A DNA stretch of 64,000 nucleotides from assembly GCF_009914755.1 (NCBI RefSeq), contig NC_060931.1; one strand, given 5' to 3'. The stretch is from the human T2T-CHM13v2.0 reference genome, Homo sapiens. The notes under the pieces were generated by a model, which saw only the letters and a program-made list of their open reading frames with translations, was not told the origin of the DNA and did no database searches. A program made the position numbers and the translations under genes. This document shows, piece by piece, positions 11,839 to 26,787 of this stretch (position 1 is the first letter of the stretch; each line of letters begins with the position of its first letter).

Positions 11839-14357
11839 CGAGACTCATTTTTCTGGTATCAACAGTACAGTATTTAAAGTCAAATATCATCCTATTAAAG
11901 ACGAAAGGTTCAATGTTTTAACAATCTCAGGCGCAGAGCTGTCAGCTAACTGCAGTTTCCAAAACCAGAATCAGGAATTCTCTGAGTTACTTTAATGTGA
12001 CTTTTTAGCTATATGTTTAGGAGAATACCAGTGCAAGAAATCCTCATTATCTGAGAGCAATTGGTAATGGAAAGGATTTTAAAGTTAGACCCTTTAAAAT
12101 AGGAAGAGAAATTCACAATAAATAATCATAAACAAGGTTGACTGGTTTATTTTTTGACAAATGAAGTGTAACATTCTAAAAATATGCTTTTTGTGCTTAA
12201 CAAAATTTAAATTACAATTTCAGTTGTGCTCTGATTTGTTGAACAAAGAGTAAAGTAAGTTGATTCTTTTAGTATGGTATTTTTCAAAAATGTCAGAGCA
12301 TGACTGCCTTCCTATTTGGCTTTCACAGAATGATCATAAAGTGTTATTTCTGAAAATACATTTGAGGACTTTCCAGGTTTTTCAAAGACCTCCCTTAATA
12401 ATTCACTTCTGAATAATTTTGTTATCATTCTTATATTCTTTATTTTTAAACAATTCTCATTCTGTGTCTTCATTTTTTATGGGCTTTGATTAAAGAATTT
12501 CTCCAGTATTACTTTCATCAATTACATTAACAATATATTCACAATATTTCTAATTTCACTAACAGTTTATTTGAATCATATTTGCACTGAACATCAAACC
12601 ACACAATGCAAATAGAATAATAAAACTTGGATGGGCAAAGATGTTGCTGTCATTGGTATGGCTGTGTACTCCTATTAATAGAAGAGCACTGCTTGAGCAG
12701 AGACTAAATCAAAAGTTCCGAATGAAATTTTCATTATATGATGCCTTTTTCTTCCCCATGCAATCTTTTTTTATAATGGGTAAATCAAATAATAAATACC
12801 CAGGTAATCAATCTAGCCTTTTACTTGAATAGAGATGTTATAACTTGAGGGAAAAAAGTTGGGACTAAAAACTCCATTTAATTTGTCAAAATTATGTTTT
12901 TTATGTTACTATTATAATAATTATATTCAATAGTGTAGTGATCAATTTCTGACAATTTTTTCCTTACCCATAAGCTCCATGAGGGCAGTAATTATGTCTA
13001 TAATGTTCACTATTTTGTCCCAAACACTAAGATACTGTTACAGAATAGGCAGTCGTTCAATTTTCAAGCAGGAAGCAAACCATCAAACATAAAAGATGGT
13101 TATGTTGAGCAAGTACTCACTTATAGCTATAATATTTACTATAGAGAATTTGTTATATCCATGTGAACCTAGAATTCATTGTAGAAAGTGGGAGAATTCA
13201 ATAAAAATATTTTGTCACTAAGACTTAATGTAGAAAGAAGTATAATTTCTTCTCCTTATACTTTGAAGAACATTCTTGGTGGTAATTCAAACTCAACATT
13301 TCCCACATTTTTCCACTGAATATAGTATTATCCAAGATAGGTATTTGGAGAAAAGGGAAATTGTTTCATCAAACAAATTTGTAAATAAACAACATACTAT
13401 ACCCTCCTCTTAAAGTTCTCTAAGTCTTGCTGCAAAAAAAGAAAAATGTTTCATTGGCTATGTTTATTTGATAAGGAGACATCAACTCCCCCTGCCCCCC
13501 AAATACCAACAAGGACACAATGAGTATACTTAGAATAGTTTTTAAGTACTTCCTGCATTTTTCTCCTCTTCCCACACCATCTCTATTATTTTGAGCTTTA
13601 AGAACTTGGCAAGTAGAGAATGGAGGGAAAAAATAGAAAAGTAGGTGAAGAAAAGAAGAGAGAAAAAAAGAAGAGTGGAAATGTTCAATAAATACAGATG
13701 GGTGAACAAGAGGCTGTACTCTGGAGCCAGGGTTTCAGGGAGAGGAGAGACTTAGTAAAACTGCTGGAAGAGGTGGGTGGTTTTCATCCACAGGAAGGCT
13801 TTTTCAGGAGGAAGCTATCCAGTGTTTAAGGATATGGTAATAAATGTCTGTGGTTGTTTGCAGAGAACAGCTAAGAAAGAGTTGGTATTTTGGTCCTTCC
13901 TCTCAGAAAGCCTCTTGGATTCTTATCCAAATGAGTCTTCACCCGCCTAGAGTTTTGTGAGCCAGGGAGTTAAGGGATAGCCATGGAGATTTACGGACTT
14001 TCACTTATGTAACTAACCCCACCTAAGTGAGTCTTTATAAAAATTGTTTATGAAATTGTATATGTGTTTGTGAATGGGTATGCACAACACATAATGTATA
14101 AGATACGCATGCATGTGTGCATATGGAATATATGTGATATATGCATGTATGTCTTAAAGAAGAATAAAGCAAACACTTGTGTTCTCTATGATATATGAAG
14201 TTACAATATCTGGAGGCTACCATGTGCCTGTCCCTGATCAGTCCCTGATCACAGCTCTCTCTATTCCCTACAGAGCTAAGCAGGATCCTGAAGTTTGTGT
14301 TCATTGTTCCTTTGTGGTTTTTTAAAATTTATCACATATGTACATACTCTTTATATA

Positions 14358-14676
14358 TTTTTCTTTTTTTTTTTTTTGCTTTTTTGAGATGGAGTCTTGC
14401 TCTGTCACCCAGGCTGGAGTGCAGTGGTGTGATCTCAGCTCACGGCAACCTCTGCCTCCTGAGTTCAAGTGATTCTCTTGCCTCAGCCTCCTGAGTAGCT
14501 GAGTGCCTCTGGGACTACTGGCATGCGCCACCATGCCTGGCTAATTTTTGTATTTTTGTAGAGGCAAGGTTTCACTATGTTGGCCAGGCTGGTCTTGAAC
14601 TCCTGACCCCAGGTGATCCACCGGCCATGGCCTCCCAAAGTGCTGGGATTACAGGTGTGGGCCACTGTGCCCAGCC
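14358..14676 (-). mobile_element. AluS (Sx/Sz-like) with a small internal insertion
   Basis: Poly-T plus an antisense dimer; about 10 extra nt in GAGTAGCTGAGTGCCTCTGGGACTAC. Confidence 0.95.
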
Positions 14677-15100
14677 CTGTTTTTCATTTTTTAACTTTAG
14701 ATATATGACCTCCAACTGTAGGTGTCCTTCTACAACTTGCTTTTGTTGTTATTCAACATTGTTTGTGAGATTTATCCATGTTGGCATGTCTTGCTTTTCA
14801 TATACTTTCACTGGTAAATTTTAATTGATTGTATGAGCATGTCATAATTTATTTGGTAATTCTCTATTGTTAGACATTTTGATCATTTCCCCTTCTTTGG
14901 TCAATACTGCTGTGAATCCACTCATCTGGAGCTGCTACTTGGGGAATGGAAATATTTGATACAAACATACTTGTATCTTGAACTTGGCTAGATGTGAAAT
15001 TACTTTTCAAGGTGGACATAGCAATTTATACTCCTGTGCACATTTTATAAAACTTGCTGTTTATTGTTATACTCAAGAGCACTTGGTATTGTTAAAGTCG
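14677..15100 (-). mobile_element. Old L1M (L1ME-like) 3' region
   Basis: TTCAACATTGTTTGTGAGATTTATCCATGTTG...AATTTAT...ATTCTCTATTG...AGCAATTTATACTCC. Confidence 0.65.
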
Positions 15101-16439
15101 TATCCAATATGCAGCAGGGCAGCAAAATTTGCACCATGATCAGCTGCTAGGGAGACAGCTTGTGAAATTTTGAGCATACTCTCTAAAAACATGTCTGCAC
15201 TCTGTCTCTGTGAGTCAGCATGAGTTCAGCCCCAGCCAGTCTGTATGGTGTCCTGTCTTAGGAAACAATGTTTGAGAACAGAAAGATTTGCTTAAGATCT
15301 TTATTTGAAACTGAAAGATGGCCACCACTCCATCCTGTGCAGGTATCTGGATGAGCAAGGGCGTGTCTGCAAGAGGGGGAGAAACCTCTGACTGTGTGAG
15401 ATGCACATGATCAAATCAATGGTGTATGGGGACTCATCTAACTTTACAGTTCCCTTTTCCTGTTTGGTATTTGGAAACAGAACTAATCTCTCTTTATATA
15501 TGTATTGAGTTAGCCCCTTGGTTTTTGGACATTTCAGTGTGGGGCGTGAGTATAGCGGGCTATCTCAAAAAGGGAAATAGAGAATCTCACGAGGTATAAG
15601 GAAGAAAACTTGAAAGCTTAAGTGACTATCTGAAAAATAAGAAGTGTGATTGTATTTATGCTGCAAACAAGTTAAACAGGTGTTGCCAAGTCCACAACAG
15701 GTGATGTAGAAACCCTCCTTTTGCTTCCTATTTCATTCATACTAAATCCAATTTAAACTTCTCTCATAAACTGTACCCTAACGCAACCCTCTCATAACTA
15801 GCCAGCTTTATTTCTCACAACTCCCTCCAAAATTTCATCTTGTCTCATCAGTTTGGTCTCAAAGCCTTGTGAATATGCCAAGGTTTATTGTCAATATTTT
15901 CCTTTTTCTGGCATGACCTTCTCACTTCCTTCTCTGATGTAAGTACTCTGAGGTTATACTCAACAACTCTTCCTTAAATCACAATAGCTGCAAGCCTTCA
16001 CCAACCTTGCTTATAGAAATTCTAATAGATCTAAGGACCTCGCTTTTCTAGATATTCCCAGTATCTTCTTGTGGTGAATTATGAAATGTTTCCCATTGGT
16101 CTTACACTTCATGATTCCAAGGAAGCAGTACCTCAAAGCTCCTAGAGGTCAAACTTCATTTCCAAACCCCTTTTGTCCAACAGTTGACCATGATCCATGT
16201 GGCATTGCCAATGATTTATTGCCGTTCTTCTCAGTGGTGCAACTGGACATACACTATCACTGATAACTTTGCTATAAGTCCTAATAATTCTGCAAGCCTA
16301 TGACTCACCTGAACACCAATCATCTCTTTCTGAATTTCTGGTACTACTGCTGTCCCACATGCTCTCCAGGATCCTGAAGAAAACTTCTGTCAATGGCTCC
16401 ATCCATTTCCTGGCTCCTTTTTGTGAAAACAGGGTGACT

Positions 16440-16980
16440 ATCCATTAGTCAACACCCACTTTGTAAAAGAAACCAAACATAAATTCAAGACAGTTTAATA
16501 AGTACGTATTAACTCCTGTAACTGGCAAGTCTGAGCATGGGGTAGACTTTGAGCACATTGTGATCTAGAGTTTCTAACAAAGCTGTCATTCATACTCAGC
16601 TTTTCTATGACTCTGGGCTCTGCTTTCCTCTGTGCGATGGTTTCATTCTTATGCAAGCTTTTTTTCCACACGGTAAGAAAAATGGTTCCTGTCAGCCTCA
16701 AGTCATTATTCTCTATAACTTATTAACCAAAAGAAAGAGAGTCTCTCTCTTTCCCAGTGTCTAGCTAATCTCATGGGGGACTGAGACAGGTATTTCTGGG
16801 ATCATATGTCTAGCCCTTGGATTATCCCCCTTGCTAATCAGGAAGGTAAGTTACTGTGATAAGCTAGGCCAGGTCTGGGGCAGAGCCCTGTGGCTAGAGG
16901 TGGTGGAACTATGTAATTGACAGGCCTCCTCAGAATCACACCAGATGGAAGAGGAACATTTCCCGAGGAAATATGATGAA
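16440..16980 (-). mobile_element. MaLR LTR (MLT1J-like)
   Basis: GGCTCTGCTTTCCTCTGTG...TTCATTCT...; begins CATTAGTCA and has the typical degenerate MLT1J layout. Confidence 0.6.
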
Positions 16981-18569
16981 TGAAGCATGCATGCATGCCT
17001 ATGTGTGCATGCAGACACATATACACACAATATCCCCTGGAGTCTTCTTGATTAAGCCCAGTTAGGAGTTCTACACACTTCCATGGCCCTACATATAAGA
17101 GCTTTTTAATGGTTTAAGCTCTTTCTTTCTTACAGTACAACTTGTCAAACTGTCACTCTCTAAGTTTTCCCTCAATGCTAGAAGGACTGCTTAGAAAGTT
17201 CTGGAATTAAGTGTGTAATGTGCCTGAAAAGTCGCTTTCTTCAAATAACTTAGACCTTGGCACTAAGTATGGTTCACTAGCCCAGCTTCCCTTTCTGAGG
17301 TAAATTTCTTTTTGAGGAAGAGAAGCTTGAGGAAACATAAGCTTCATTTAATAGGTTCCACTTGTGTCAATTAGGCTTTTATGCATTTAAATCTCAGTGA
17401 TCAAGGTGTCGGTGCCTTTTCCCCCTGGAGGCTCCTAAATATAAATGAATACGTTGGGTAGAGTTGCTCATAAATCCACCCACTAGCACCCAGGTTCTAG
17501 CTTTGGAAATAGATGGTGCCTCACTCCAGTGCTCAACACAAGCTGAGCCCCATGTTTTAAAACTCCAATGAGGTCCCATATTATTTTCCCAGGGCCCATT
17601 TAGATCCCTCCTGTATCTTTAACTTTTCCAGTGTTTATTTCAGCTGACATTGCTCTACAGTCTCCCTGAACTGTTAGGCATTTATAGTCCTTACAATTCA
17701 GAACACCCATCCAGCACAGTCATTGTATGTTCAACAAGAATGTGTAGTTATCGAAAGAGCCATACCTTATACATACAATACTGCATGTTGTATGTGTTTA
17801 ATACATACTTTTAAATAGTCTTGAAGATACACACATCGGTCACTCATTTTATATATACATTTTTTAAGCTCACAAAGTTCACATAGTTCAGAAAATAATT
17901 CTGAGCAATCAATTTCCTGAGAGATAGAGGAAAGCTCCCAGCAACACTCCCCGTGATTTTCCTCAACTTTCTTGGAGTGAGATATGTACTGATGCATTTA
18001 AACTAATGCTTTTCAAATTGTTTCACTGACTATTAATTCTGCAAGATGTCTTTCAAAATATTTCCAAAGAAATGTTTACTATTTCTCCCTTTGGGAGATT
18101 TACAAAGCACATCACCATAATAAAGATTCTGAATATGACTGCATTAGAGAAAGCTACTTAATTTAACACAGCACCTCACAAACTTGTTCCACCAGAGAAA
18201 TGAATTTATATGAAACATGTATTAACCTCTTGTACATTTAGCGCTTGAGGAACACAGTATGAGAAGTGCTAATAAATTGAGAGATGTAGACTTTTTTTAA
18301 TGCATCAATTGCATCTCAAATGTTTGCCAGTAAACAGTTACTTTATGTAAGATGGAAAGGAAGGGATTAAAGTGTTAGGATGGTGTAAGAAAAAGGACAT
18401 TTACCTGGGAGATCAGTTTTTCTGGGCCCTATGTCTATCATAGCACATTTAATGTGCAATTTCACTTCTGATCCTATATTACCTTATTGATTTTATTCTT
18501 TGGTTCACTTCTTGATGATTTTTAATTTGTTATTTGGTTGCATTACCTGTGTTTAGGTTGTTTTAAATT

Positions 18570-19230
18570 CATCCTCTCATTTACTCAATAAAAGTTTTTT
18601 CAAAACATATAACCTCTCTGCTAGCTGTGGTAATGAAAAATTAACAATAGATACATGAAAATACCTTCCCTAATTTTCCAGCCCACTGGAGATTTCAGTA
18701 AGCAATTACCGCAAGCTATAAAAATTCTAGGGCTTTCCAGAGAGTGCTATCTCAAGCTCAAATAATCAGGTAAGTTTTCTTGGAAGAAATTGTATCAAAG
18801 ACTTGAAGGATGAATGAGTGATGGTGAGGTGACCATCTGTCAGAGGCGGCGTTCCAAGTAAAGAGAACAACATGTGTTCTGCTGATAAGAAGAGAGAAAA
18901 AAACATGCTGGGTTCAAGAAACCTAACATTTAGTACGGCTACATCATTGAAGGGATTCAGGGAGGGGAATAGTTGATAAAAGATAGATGAAGCAGGGCTA
19001 TTACACAGAGCTTATGCAGTGCTTTGCAAGTCATTTTAAAAAGTTTGAACACAATCAAATTTGCATTTAGAAAGATAACATTGACTACAATGTGAAGAAT
19101 GGGTTGAAAAGGGATAAAACAGAGCAAGCAGATCAGTACTAGCGGTGTGTTTAATAATCCAAAGAATAGTGGGCTGATTTTTAAATTGAATATACAAGTT
19201 TCTAAAATGGAGCAACTCAGATGAATGCCA
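18570..19230 (-). mobile_element. L2 LINE fragment
   Basis: CATTTACTCAATAAA start; GACTTGAAGGATGAATGAG, GTTCCAAGTAAAGAGAACAACATGTG, ATCAAATTTGCATTTAGAAAGATAAC. Confidence 0.65.
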
Positions 19231-19680
19231 CTCTAGTAGCTAGGTGTGGGAATGAAAAAGTAACAATAGATATACGAAAATATCTTCTTAATGTTCATCT
19301 TCTTTCTGGCTCTTGTAGCTTCAGCTATTGAAATAGGAACAGCAAGAAAGCAGGGTCAACGAAAAGGGGGGCAACAGTTATCACCACAGATTAGTATATG
19401 CTTAAGACATGGTAAGAAGTTGATCTATGGAACAAATATGTGTAGCTTATACCAGTGTCTCTCTATCCTGCCTGCTCAACAGCCAGAGAGCTTTGGAAAA
19501 TTCTGATACTAGGGCCGAGATTCTGATTCAATTCAATTCTGATTATCTGGTTTGGGGTCTTATAAACATCCCCAGGTAGGATTAGAAGGCGAGAGTGAGA
19601 TCCAATGAGAACCAATGAGTCTACAGATAAATTCAGACCTATCTATTTTAGCTTTGTTAATTTACATTCCATAGTCAAAG

Positions 19681-19864
19681 GTAGTTTTCCTCAAATTTTA
19701 GCAGGCATTAGAATTACATGGGAGGCTTGTGAAACTCAGATCGATGGGCCCTACTCTGAGAGTTTATGATTCAGTAGGCCTGGGTGGGACCTGAGAATAT
19801 ACATTTATAACAAATGCTCAGGTGGTGCTGCTATTGTTCCAGAAACCAAGATTTCAGAACCACA
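19681..19864. mobile_element. MER5A hAT MITE
   Basis: TCCTCAAATTTTAGCAGGCATTAGAATTAC...TGATTCAGTAGGCCTGGGTGGGACCTGAGAAT...TTTCAGAACCAC. Confidence 0.8.
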
Positions 19865-20920
19865 AGTCTAAGAACCACTAGTCACTTTGGAAATAAGAAC
19901 TTCATAATTTCTTTTTTGCTAGTGGAACAATATTTTCTTATTTTATTCTTTTATTTATTTAGATGTTTGGAATTGTTTTAGTTTCCCACCTGTGCACTGC
20001 ACACCAAAATGGAAACAAAATTGAGAAACTATGATATGCTTTTATTTTATTATAGACATGAGAAGTAAATACAGGGCTTAGAAGAATTTCCTCAAAATAT
20101 TTTCTATGCTGAAATTTCTTTTAAAAAATTTATTCTGATTCAAATAAGGAAGGAAACCCACATTTTAAACATGATGCATATGCCGTGGGAGAAAATATAA
20201 AATAATCTGATGATTCACCACTGTTCATGATTTAGCAAAAGCTTGCCCACCATAGTTACTAGAGTGGCATGTCTGCCTTATGTTTCTCTCTGAAGTGAGT
20301 CTACAGCTTATACCAACACCCAGTACCTGGGGTTGGCTGGCTGGCTCACAACTCACAGTCAGAATCAACTACATTGTAGTCTGTGCTAATGAGTTATTTT
20401 TATGTGACATTATTGTTGTTCTGATTTTTTAGGAACCTTGGTTAGTTTATAAAAGACTGTTTTTTAACAGCAAAATATTACCAAGAAAATTTTGATTTCA
20501 TAGTCAAATCTGACATGTTTCTCAAACGCACACAAATCATTTCAAAGTTTTAATTAAAAGTAAAATCTACGCTAAAAAAACTGCACATGGATTAATCACA
20601 TCAATTATAATTTAGAAATTATATACAGACATGTGTTGCTAAATTGGGAAAAGTTCTGAGAGATATACTGTTAAGCGATTTTGTTGTACAAAGATTATAG
20701 ACTGTACTTCCATAAACCTAGATAGCCTACTACACACTTAGGTTATATGGTACAGCCTATTGTTTCTAGACTACAAACCTGTACAGCATGTTACTGTAGT
20801 GAATACTATAGTGAATACAGTAGTGAATACTGCAATGTTAACACAATGGCAACTATTTTTGTGTCTAAACATAGAAAAGGTATAGTATAAATATGTTATA
20901 AAAGATAAAAAATGGTATTG

Positions 20921-21304
20921 TGTATTGATCTGTTCTCACACTGCTATAAAGAACTACCTGAGACTGGGTAATTTATGAAAAAAAGAGGTTTAATTGACTC
21001 ACAGTTCTGCAGGCTGTACAGGAAGGATGGCTGAGAGGCCCCAGGATACTTAGAATCATGGAAGAAGGCAAAGGGGAAGAAAGTATGTCTTACCATGCTG
21101 GAGCAGGAGAAAGAGCATGAAGGGGGAAGGGCTACATACTTTCAAATAACTAGATCTCGAAAGAATTCACTCGCTATCAGGAGAACAGCAAGGGGGAAAT
21201 CTATCACCCTATGGTCCAATCACCTTTCACCAGATTCCTCCCCTAACATTGGGAATTACAATTCAACATGAAATTTGGGTGGGTCACAGAGCCAAACCAT
21301 TACA
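20921..21304 (-). mobile_element. THE1D/MSTA-like MaLR solo LTR
   Basis: TGTATT...CACACTGCTATAAAGAACTACCTGAGACTGGGTAATTTATG...CACAGAGCCAAACCAT. Confidence 0.9.
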
Positions 21305-21375
21305 ATCTATATAAGACACTTATCATAAATAGAGCCTACAGGCCTGGAAATTGCTCTGGGTACGTTAACGAGTGA

Positions 21376-21670
<295 letters not shown>

Positions 21671-24382
21671 GTTAATGAGTGAGTGGTGAGTAAATGTGAA
21701 GGCCTAGGATATTATTGTACATTACTATATATTTTATAAACTTTATACTTAGACTACACTAAATTTATAAAAATATTTTTATTTCTACAATAATTTAACC
21801 TTGGCTTATAAAGTAACTTTTAACTTTATAAACATTTTAATTTTAAACTTTTTGACTCTTTTGTAATAACATCTTAAAACACAAACATTGTACAGCTGTA
21901 GAAACTATGTCTTCTTTCTTTATATTTTTGAAAGGTTTTTCTTATTTTTAAATTTAAATTTTTTTTTTTTTTTTTTGCTTTTTAAACTTTTTTGTTAAAA
22001 ACTAAGACATAAACATACACATTATCCTAGGCCTACACACAGGGTCAGGATCATGAAGACGTCACTAGACAGAATTTTTCAACTCCATTATAATTTTATG
22101 GGACCACTGTTGTGGATGTGGTCCCTCATTGACCAAAATGTCATTATGTGGCACACGACTATATTAAATTTTAATATGAATTATTAGAAATTTAAATTTT
22201 TTCATAAAATTAATTCTTAAGGAATATAAGAGCCACAATGTCAAAGGTCTTAGCATTACCCTTTCTGCTTAGCATGTAACATTTCTTGTGCCTATTGGTG
22301 AATGAAGCATTATGGATAGGAAGAAATTTTCATACTGAATAATTTCCCAAAAATACATTTTTTCAGAATAAGTTTGGCATGTTTTTTACATACCATACAT
22401 TTTTTTCTACCAATATCATTTTTAGCAGTAACAAAATGAAATCTACTCAATGCCCCAAAACGTAATGATCACTATAGATTTTACTTCTAAAAATATACCA
22501 ATATGAAATATCACAGGAAGTATGGCTATAAAAGCAAAACTCTCAAAATAAAATGAAATGTTGCAGTTTTGAAGTTAAAGAGCCAACTGACTTCTTCTCA
22601 ATTAGAAAAAAATCTGGCTAAGCAGATGGATCCTGTACTGAGAGCCCCAAGGCCAACAGACTTGGCTTTATTGGACCATGACCATTAGCCATAGCTATGC
22701 CCTTTTCTTGTCATTAACTCATATTACTTTACCAAACTGGAATATTCTAAAAATAAGGTAACTATTATATTAGTTTTTGGGAGCATCATAAAAACTGACA
22801 GGAAAAGCCAACAAACCAATACTGTTTATTACTTATCATTCCAGATTGTCACCAAACATGAGAAGTTTTCATCAATTTTGGATGCTTGCCGAATTTCATC
22901 TTTACCCCAATTTTTCTTGATAGTCCCTTCTTTAATAAGATGGTCCCTGTAACCTCCAAAATTCCATTATGAAAGAAACAATATTGTTTCCACAATCTTG
23001 CTATTGTGAAAACATGCACTTAAGAACTCATAATTTATCTAGAGCAGTTTCAAAATGTCAGGGTAATAGGAAATTATTTTAAAATATGTTAAAATTGCAG
23101 ACAAAAACCCTGTAACCTCTGTAAGCTCCTCGAAAACTTTACTGTTGATTATTTAAATTATCATTTGTGTCAGAATTTGTGGAGTATTTAATTGCCAGCC
23201 AAGTAAAGAAACGTTTACTACCAGTACCAGTACAAGACATTGCACTAGATACTTTTCAACATAGATTTAATTTCATTCTGAGTACATATATTATCTATCA
23301 TTACTTATTCATAGCTTAAGAAGATATATTTTAACTCAAAACAATAATAGAAAGCCTCAATAGTTAAACATATATTCCAAATTAGCCATTAATAGAATGT
23401 AAAGATTGCATTTTTACAATAAAAAATAAAGAAAATCTATGACTAGAATTAGACGTTGAGACAAAATAGGATGTTATTGGATATTACACTTTGATGTTTT
23501 AAGTATTTATGCCAACAATGGAGATAAACTTGAAATATTTGTCTCTAGCCAATGCAACAAATGCATGGTGAACATGGAGTCCCAAGAAAGGCTGTATAAT
23601 ATTATTTACGGTTTTTGGAAGTGGCTATAGGTTGATAAATAAGTAATTTAATCATAGCACTTTAGAACAGGAAGAGAAATTAGAGATAATCTACTTCCAC
23701 ATGAAGTAGATTTATTTTACCCATGAAGCACAGAGCTAATACCAGTAATGCTTGTAGGTCTACTTTTGTTGTATTTACACTTGAAGTACAGATAGCACAT
23801 CTGATAACACATTCTCATATAGTATAGCGTAAACTTGGAAAGAGTTTATTCTTGGCTTTCAAGCTTTTGTGTGCTGCTGTGTTTGTTAATGCCCAGAGAT
23901 CCCATGCAATAAGTCTGAATGGAACCCAGGTATCTGCAATTTCAGTGGACACTCATAGTGATTGCGATGCAAGTCATCTTTGGTTAGTACTAATGAAATA
24001 CAGAACTATAGAATCTTAAAGTTCTAAAAAGGGATTTTATGTTGAGTAAGCACACTTTTCCAAACAACTCACAGTTTTTTTCTTATTCAAATATGTTGCT
24101 TTTTCTTTTCCTTTGTCAACTCTAAGGAAAAGGGAATGTTGTTTAAACAAGAAGCCTGGAAGACCCTAGAGCGGTACATTTGACTCACTTCCTGCACTTG
24201 ACTAAGAATCAGAATCACTTGTAAAAATACACATTCACAGGCCCTTTTCTTGGAGAGTCTTATTTATGGGAAGATATATGGTAGGACACACAAATCTCCA
24301 GTTTTCAGAATCACTCCTGGTGATTTTGTTAACTCACCCAATTTGAAAGCCCAGCCATGATCTGTTATATTGGAATATGTTT

Positions 24383-24556
24383 CAGTGGTTCTCAACTTTG
24401 GCATATAGGATTAACTAAGGGGCTCTGTGAAACCTAGAGTGTTAGACTCCAACTCCAGAGCTTCTGAATGTGTAGGTCTGGGGTCAAGAATTTGCATCTC
24501 TCCCAAGTTACCAGGCAATGCTGCTGATGTTTCAGGGATGACACTGAGAACAACTG
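24383..24556. mobile_element. MER5A hAT MITE (weaker MER5-like remnants at about 23870-24000 and 24160-24350)
   Basis: CAGTGGTTCTCAACTTTGG...GTAGGTCTGGGGTCAAGAATTTGCATCTCT...TGAGAACAACTG. Confidence 0.8.
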
Positions 24557-26787
24557 GGCTAGATGATGCTGTGCCAAAGCAGATAATTAACAGAAAGTGC
24601 CTAGAAGTTGCTGCAATACCTCTGCCAAAACCCACAATTTGCCTCCTGTTGCCTAAGAACAATATTATGCCCTCTACTTCTTTTCTTTCTTCCAAATCTC
24701 AAGCAGGTGTTTCTGATTAGTGGAACCCAAACTGGAAACTCCTGGTAGAGATTCTGGTACCTGTAGTTCCCAGGCTTATAGCTGTTACAATGTTTGGGTG
24801 CAGCTGGAGCTAGACTGGAGGCTACAAGAGGGAAAATGATGTTCAGTCACCAATACATAACGTAGCACAAACGTGCAGGTAGGTTTTCGTAGTAGTTGGT
24901 CCCAAGCTAAGGAAGTCAGTTAATTCCTGACCGTACTCCAAATGTGAAAGGGCCAGTAGGATCTGAGGGTCTGGAAAATGGAAAAAAATATAAGACACTT
25001 AAAAGAGAGAAACGAATTTTAGAGTTAGGTGATCAGGATGAGACCCGACTGCCCAATATGACTAGTAATATAGACTCAATCAAGGCCAAAAAGAAATCTT
25101 ACCAATGAAGAAAGGCATTACACTTTTGACAATGCACCCAAATGTAGAAAAGACCTGGACATCTGAAAACTATTATATGTATAAGTGATCAGTAGACAGA
25201 ACAGGAACTGGAAGCAAAAACAGATTGCAAGAAGGGCCAAAAATCTGTGTTAGGGAAAAAGTATGCACAGAATAAGGCATACTTCAAGTGAGAGTACAAG
25301 AGAGAAAAGAAAACTGAAATCTGATCTGAATATACAGAGGTCTCACATTCACCAGGTAAATGAATGCATTCATATGCAATGACCAAAATGAAAACAGGAA
25401 AAAATATTTCAGGACATAGAAAGAAATGAATGTTAAAGGTATAACTATAGAGGAAAACAGCAGCTAAGGCAAGAAGCATAGTGTTCACAATTAGCGTCCA
25501 GTGAGTGGAAAGAAGTAAATTATTAAGATTCTGGTTAGCTTGACTGACTTCTGCCAGGCCTTCATTTGTACAGACACCATTTTTAAAATCAGATGTCAAA
25601 ACAGAGAATAGTCCTGAGATAAAAGGTTCAGTTTTACGAATGAAACTAAACAGGGACATTGAAGCTGTCATTGATTTGGGTAGCCCAAGGTACCAAGATG
25701 ATCACATTAGCACAGAACAAGATTTTCAAGCACTAGGTTCTTTTCAATTTTCTCTTGAATCCCTATCTTAGTTACAGTTTAGGGAGATAAAAAAGCAATA
25801 TTCTTTGCTTTCAGTAAATTGAATAAATACCCTACATTGCTGCAATATCTAAACACATTTTAGCTTTCATTTAAACATTTAGAAATGCTTAGGTAGAAGA
25901 AATCATAAAATAATAAACATATATGTGACCACATTAAAATTTAAAACCTTTTAATGCTGAAACAAAAACAAAAAATAATACGTATTAGAAGGGAAGGGTG
26001 CCTAGGATAGCTACATTGTGTGAACAACACAAATTGCAGCATAATATGTATGGTTTTCTCACATCTTGTAAGATTAAAAAATGACTATGGAGAGACAGAC
26101 CTTAAACTGTGAAGTGGGTATGTCTGGGAGTGAGGCAGGAAAGGGAGGAAGGGGGCTTAAACTTTTTACTTTATACAGTTTAGTTCCACTCAAATATTTT
26201 ATAATGAGCCTTTTGTTTTATATATATAAATGATTGACCACTTAAGTATTCAATATTAAAATATTGGATTGTGGAATGTTGGTTATTTGTACATTTTCAT
26301 CACTCCCCTGGCTTTAGGATCTTCTCAGTAGCATTTTGTAACAAAAAGCAATGGAGGGATATCTGCTGAATGATGAGGAAAAAAATTATTTCTCAGAAGT
26401 GTCACAATAATTGAAGACATCAGAAAGACATTTTCCAATGCGCAAGGACTCATGAAACATATTAAGCATGTACTACTAAATAAGACATCCATCCATGCAT
26501 ACATACATATATATAATTCACTAATTAGAAATCACTGTGCTGCAGACCAGTGGTGAATGTAATCATTAGAACATGGAAATAATGCTAAAATAATATGGAC
26601 TGTCATTACAGAAAATAACCTAGAAATTACAATTCGTGAAATAAATCTACATAACAAAAATAATAATTTCTCTATAAAATATCAAAACAAAAATTATGCA
26701 GTGTCTCCCTTAAAGTGGTAAAATTGAGACGGAAGCAGCATAATCGCAAAAGTGTCCTCTTTTTTAATGCATGACGTGCAGTGAGTG

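Noticed and set aside
14070-14155. Alternating purine-pyrimidine tracts (also about 16985-17030) as Z-DNA
   Set aside because: Interrupted, AT-dominated low-complexity sequence with weak Z-forming potential.
23688-23712. Hairpin AATCTACTTC-CACAT-GAAGTAGATT
   Set aside because: A single 10-bp stem inside a decayed MIR-like stretch; too short for a pre-miRNA and plausible by chance in 64 kb.
25189-25671. Longest ORF in the window (160 aa, minus strand)
   Set aside because: Non-ATG start, F/L/S-rich composition from an A-rich opposite strand, no recognisable domain or exon structure.
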